Source: Porphyridium purpureum
Lineage: Eukaryota
Direction: 5' to 3'
Assembly (NCBI GenBank): GCA_008690995.1
Contig: VRMN01000004.1
Span: forward strand, 1,178,001 to 1,242,000
DNA length: 64,000 nucleotides
Part shown: in pieces, positions 63,197 through 64,000 of the stretch
Layout: the number at the start of each line of letters is the position of its first letter
Position numbering within the stretch: the first letter of the stretch is position 1
Notes under the pieces: generated by a model
The model's input: the letters and a program-made list of their open reading frames with translations, nothing else
What the model was told of the DNA's origin: nothing
The model's database searches: none
Position numbers and translations under genes: made by a program

Positions 63197-64000
63197 ATGG
63201 CGGCGGCGGCTCTGCGCGCCGGTGTGCTCGCGGTCGTCGTGCTGGTGATGTGTTTATGCACCGTCGAGGCGCAGTCGCAAAGATACTGGGTGAACGAGTT
63301 GACAGATGGCGGCAACGAAAATACAGAGACTTCGGCGTGCTGTATTGCGCGCGATCAGGGCACAGGTGTGGTGATTCTCGGCACGACAAACGGTGACATT
63401 GGCGGGGTGAGTGTAGGTGGCACCTTTAACATGTTCACGGAGCGCTACTCGATCCAGACGGGTATCAGCCAAGGCTCTTTGCTGATCCCGGACCAAGGCT
63501 TTGGTGATGAGACCGCGCAGTTCCTGATCATCGACATCGCGGTGGAGGGCGGCCAGATCGCGTGCTTTGGTACTACGGACGGAAACTTTTTCAGAAGTCC
63601 AATCAACTCCTTTCTCAACTTCATTGTGGTCACTATCTCGAATGACAACGCGGTCGAGTTTGCACGAAACCAGCTGAATCGCAACGTAGTGGGTGATGAT
63701 ATTCTTGGCGGTGTCGAACTAACCAACAACGGTTACCTTGTTATTGGTTCCGGCAAAAGCAACCCGTCGGCTTCGACGAACAATGCGCTCATTTTGTGGC
63801 GGCTGAATTTTGCGCTCGTGGAGCAGTCGTTGAACGTCGTAACCAAGACAACGAACTCGGCCGCTACGGTTTTTGTCCGGACGACGTCGCGCTCGGTACC
63901 CAATCAAAACGTAGCGATTGCATACGGTGTCGAGCTTGCGTCCACCTCGGTTCAGTACTTCGTGGACGTCTATTCATTCACCGTCGCTTTTCAGTACACT
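63197..64000 (+). CDS. Secreted beta-rich (propeller-like) protein, 5' part; runs off the window end
   Basis: Manual translation from GCCGCCATGG is open for 268 codons to the window end: MAAAALRAGVLAVVVLVMCLCTVEA|QSQRYW..., with repeats GTTNGDIGG and GTTDGNFF. Not in the ORF track. Confidence 0.8.
   Translation, partial: MAAAALRAGVLAVVVLVMCLCTVEAQSQRYWVNELTDGGNENTETSACCIARDQGTGVVILGTTNGDIGGVSVGGTFNMFTERYSIQTGISQGSLLIPDQGFGDETAQFLIIDIAVEGGQIACFGTTDGNFFRSPINSFLNFIVVTISNDNAVEFARNQLNRNVVGDDILGGVELTNNGYLVIGSGKSNPSASTNNALILWRLNFALVEQSLNVVTKTTNSAATVFVRTTSRSVPNQNVAIAYGVELASTSVQYFVDVYSFTVAFQYT

Overview
Gene-dense, GC-rich eukaryotic nuclear DNA with about 30 protein-coding genes and no introns that I could detect. 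Phe-motif (MAFV-type) plastid transit peptides, nuclear-encoded plastid genes, short spacers and GT/GA microsatellites suggest a unicellular red alga (Porphyridium-like); this is inference. Recognisable genes: biotin synthase (partial, absent from the ORF track), Tic21/DUF3611, trigger factor, Frag1/DRAM, two PDAT/LCAT paralogues, phosducin-like protein, PRP8, a nucleoplasmin-like-domain protein, an MFS transporter, pyroglutamyl peptidase, bL19, Nup42/NUPL2, a Zn-dependent polyol dehydrogenase, Tup1, DUF4336, a CBS-PB1-TPR protein, a divergent retinoblastoma-related protein, a mitochondrial carrier, EngB, an enoyl-reductase-like MDR and Sec31. The most unusual block is about 26.6-37.4 kb. It holds a secreted Cys-rich protein fused to a Hedgehog-type Hint/Hog autoprocessing domain, a near-identical orphan copy of the Hog C-terminal half flanked by inverted repeats, a signal-anchored pyroglutamyl peptidase, a double WAPN zinc-finger orphan and a tandem hemerythrin-like protein. 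Non-coding signals: a CTGTAC/GTACAG motif concentrated in 5' spacers, E2F sites upstream of the RBR gene, an AT-rich array of GATGNC motifs with about 20-bp period, and a perfect 3x31-bp tandem repeat. I found no tRNA, rRNA, CRISPR array or intact transposase.
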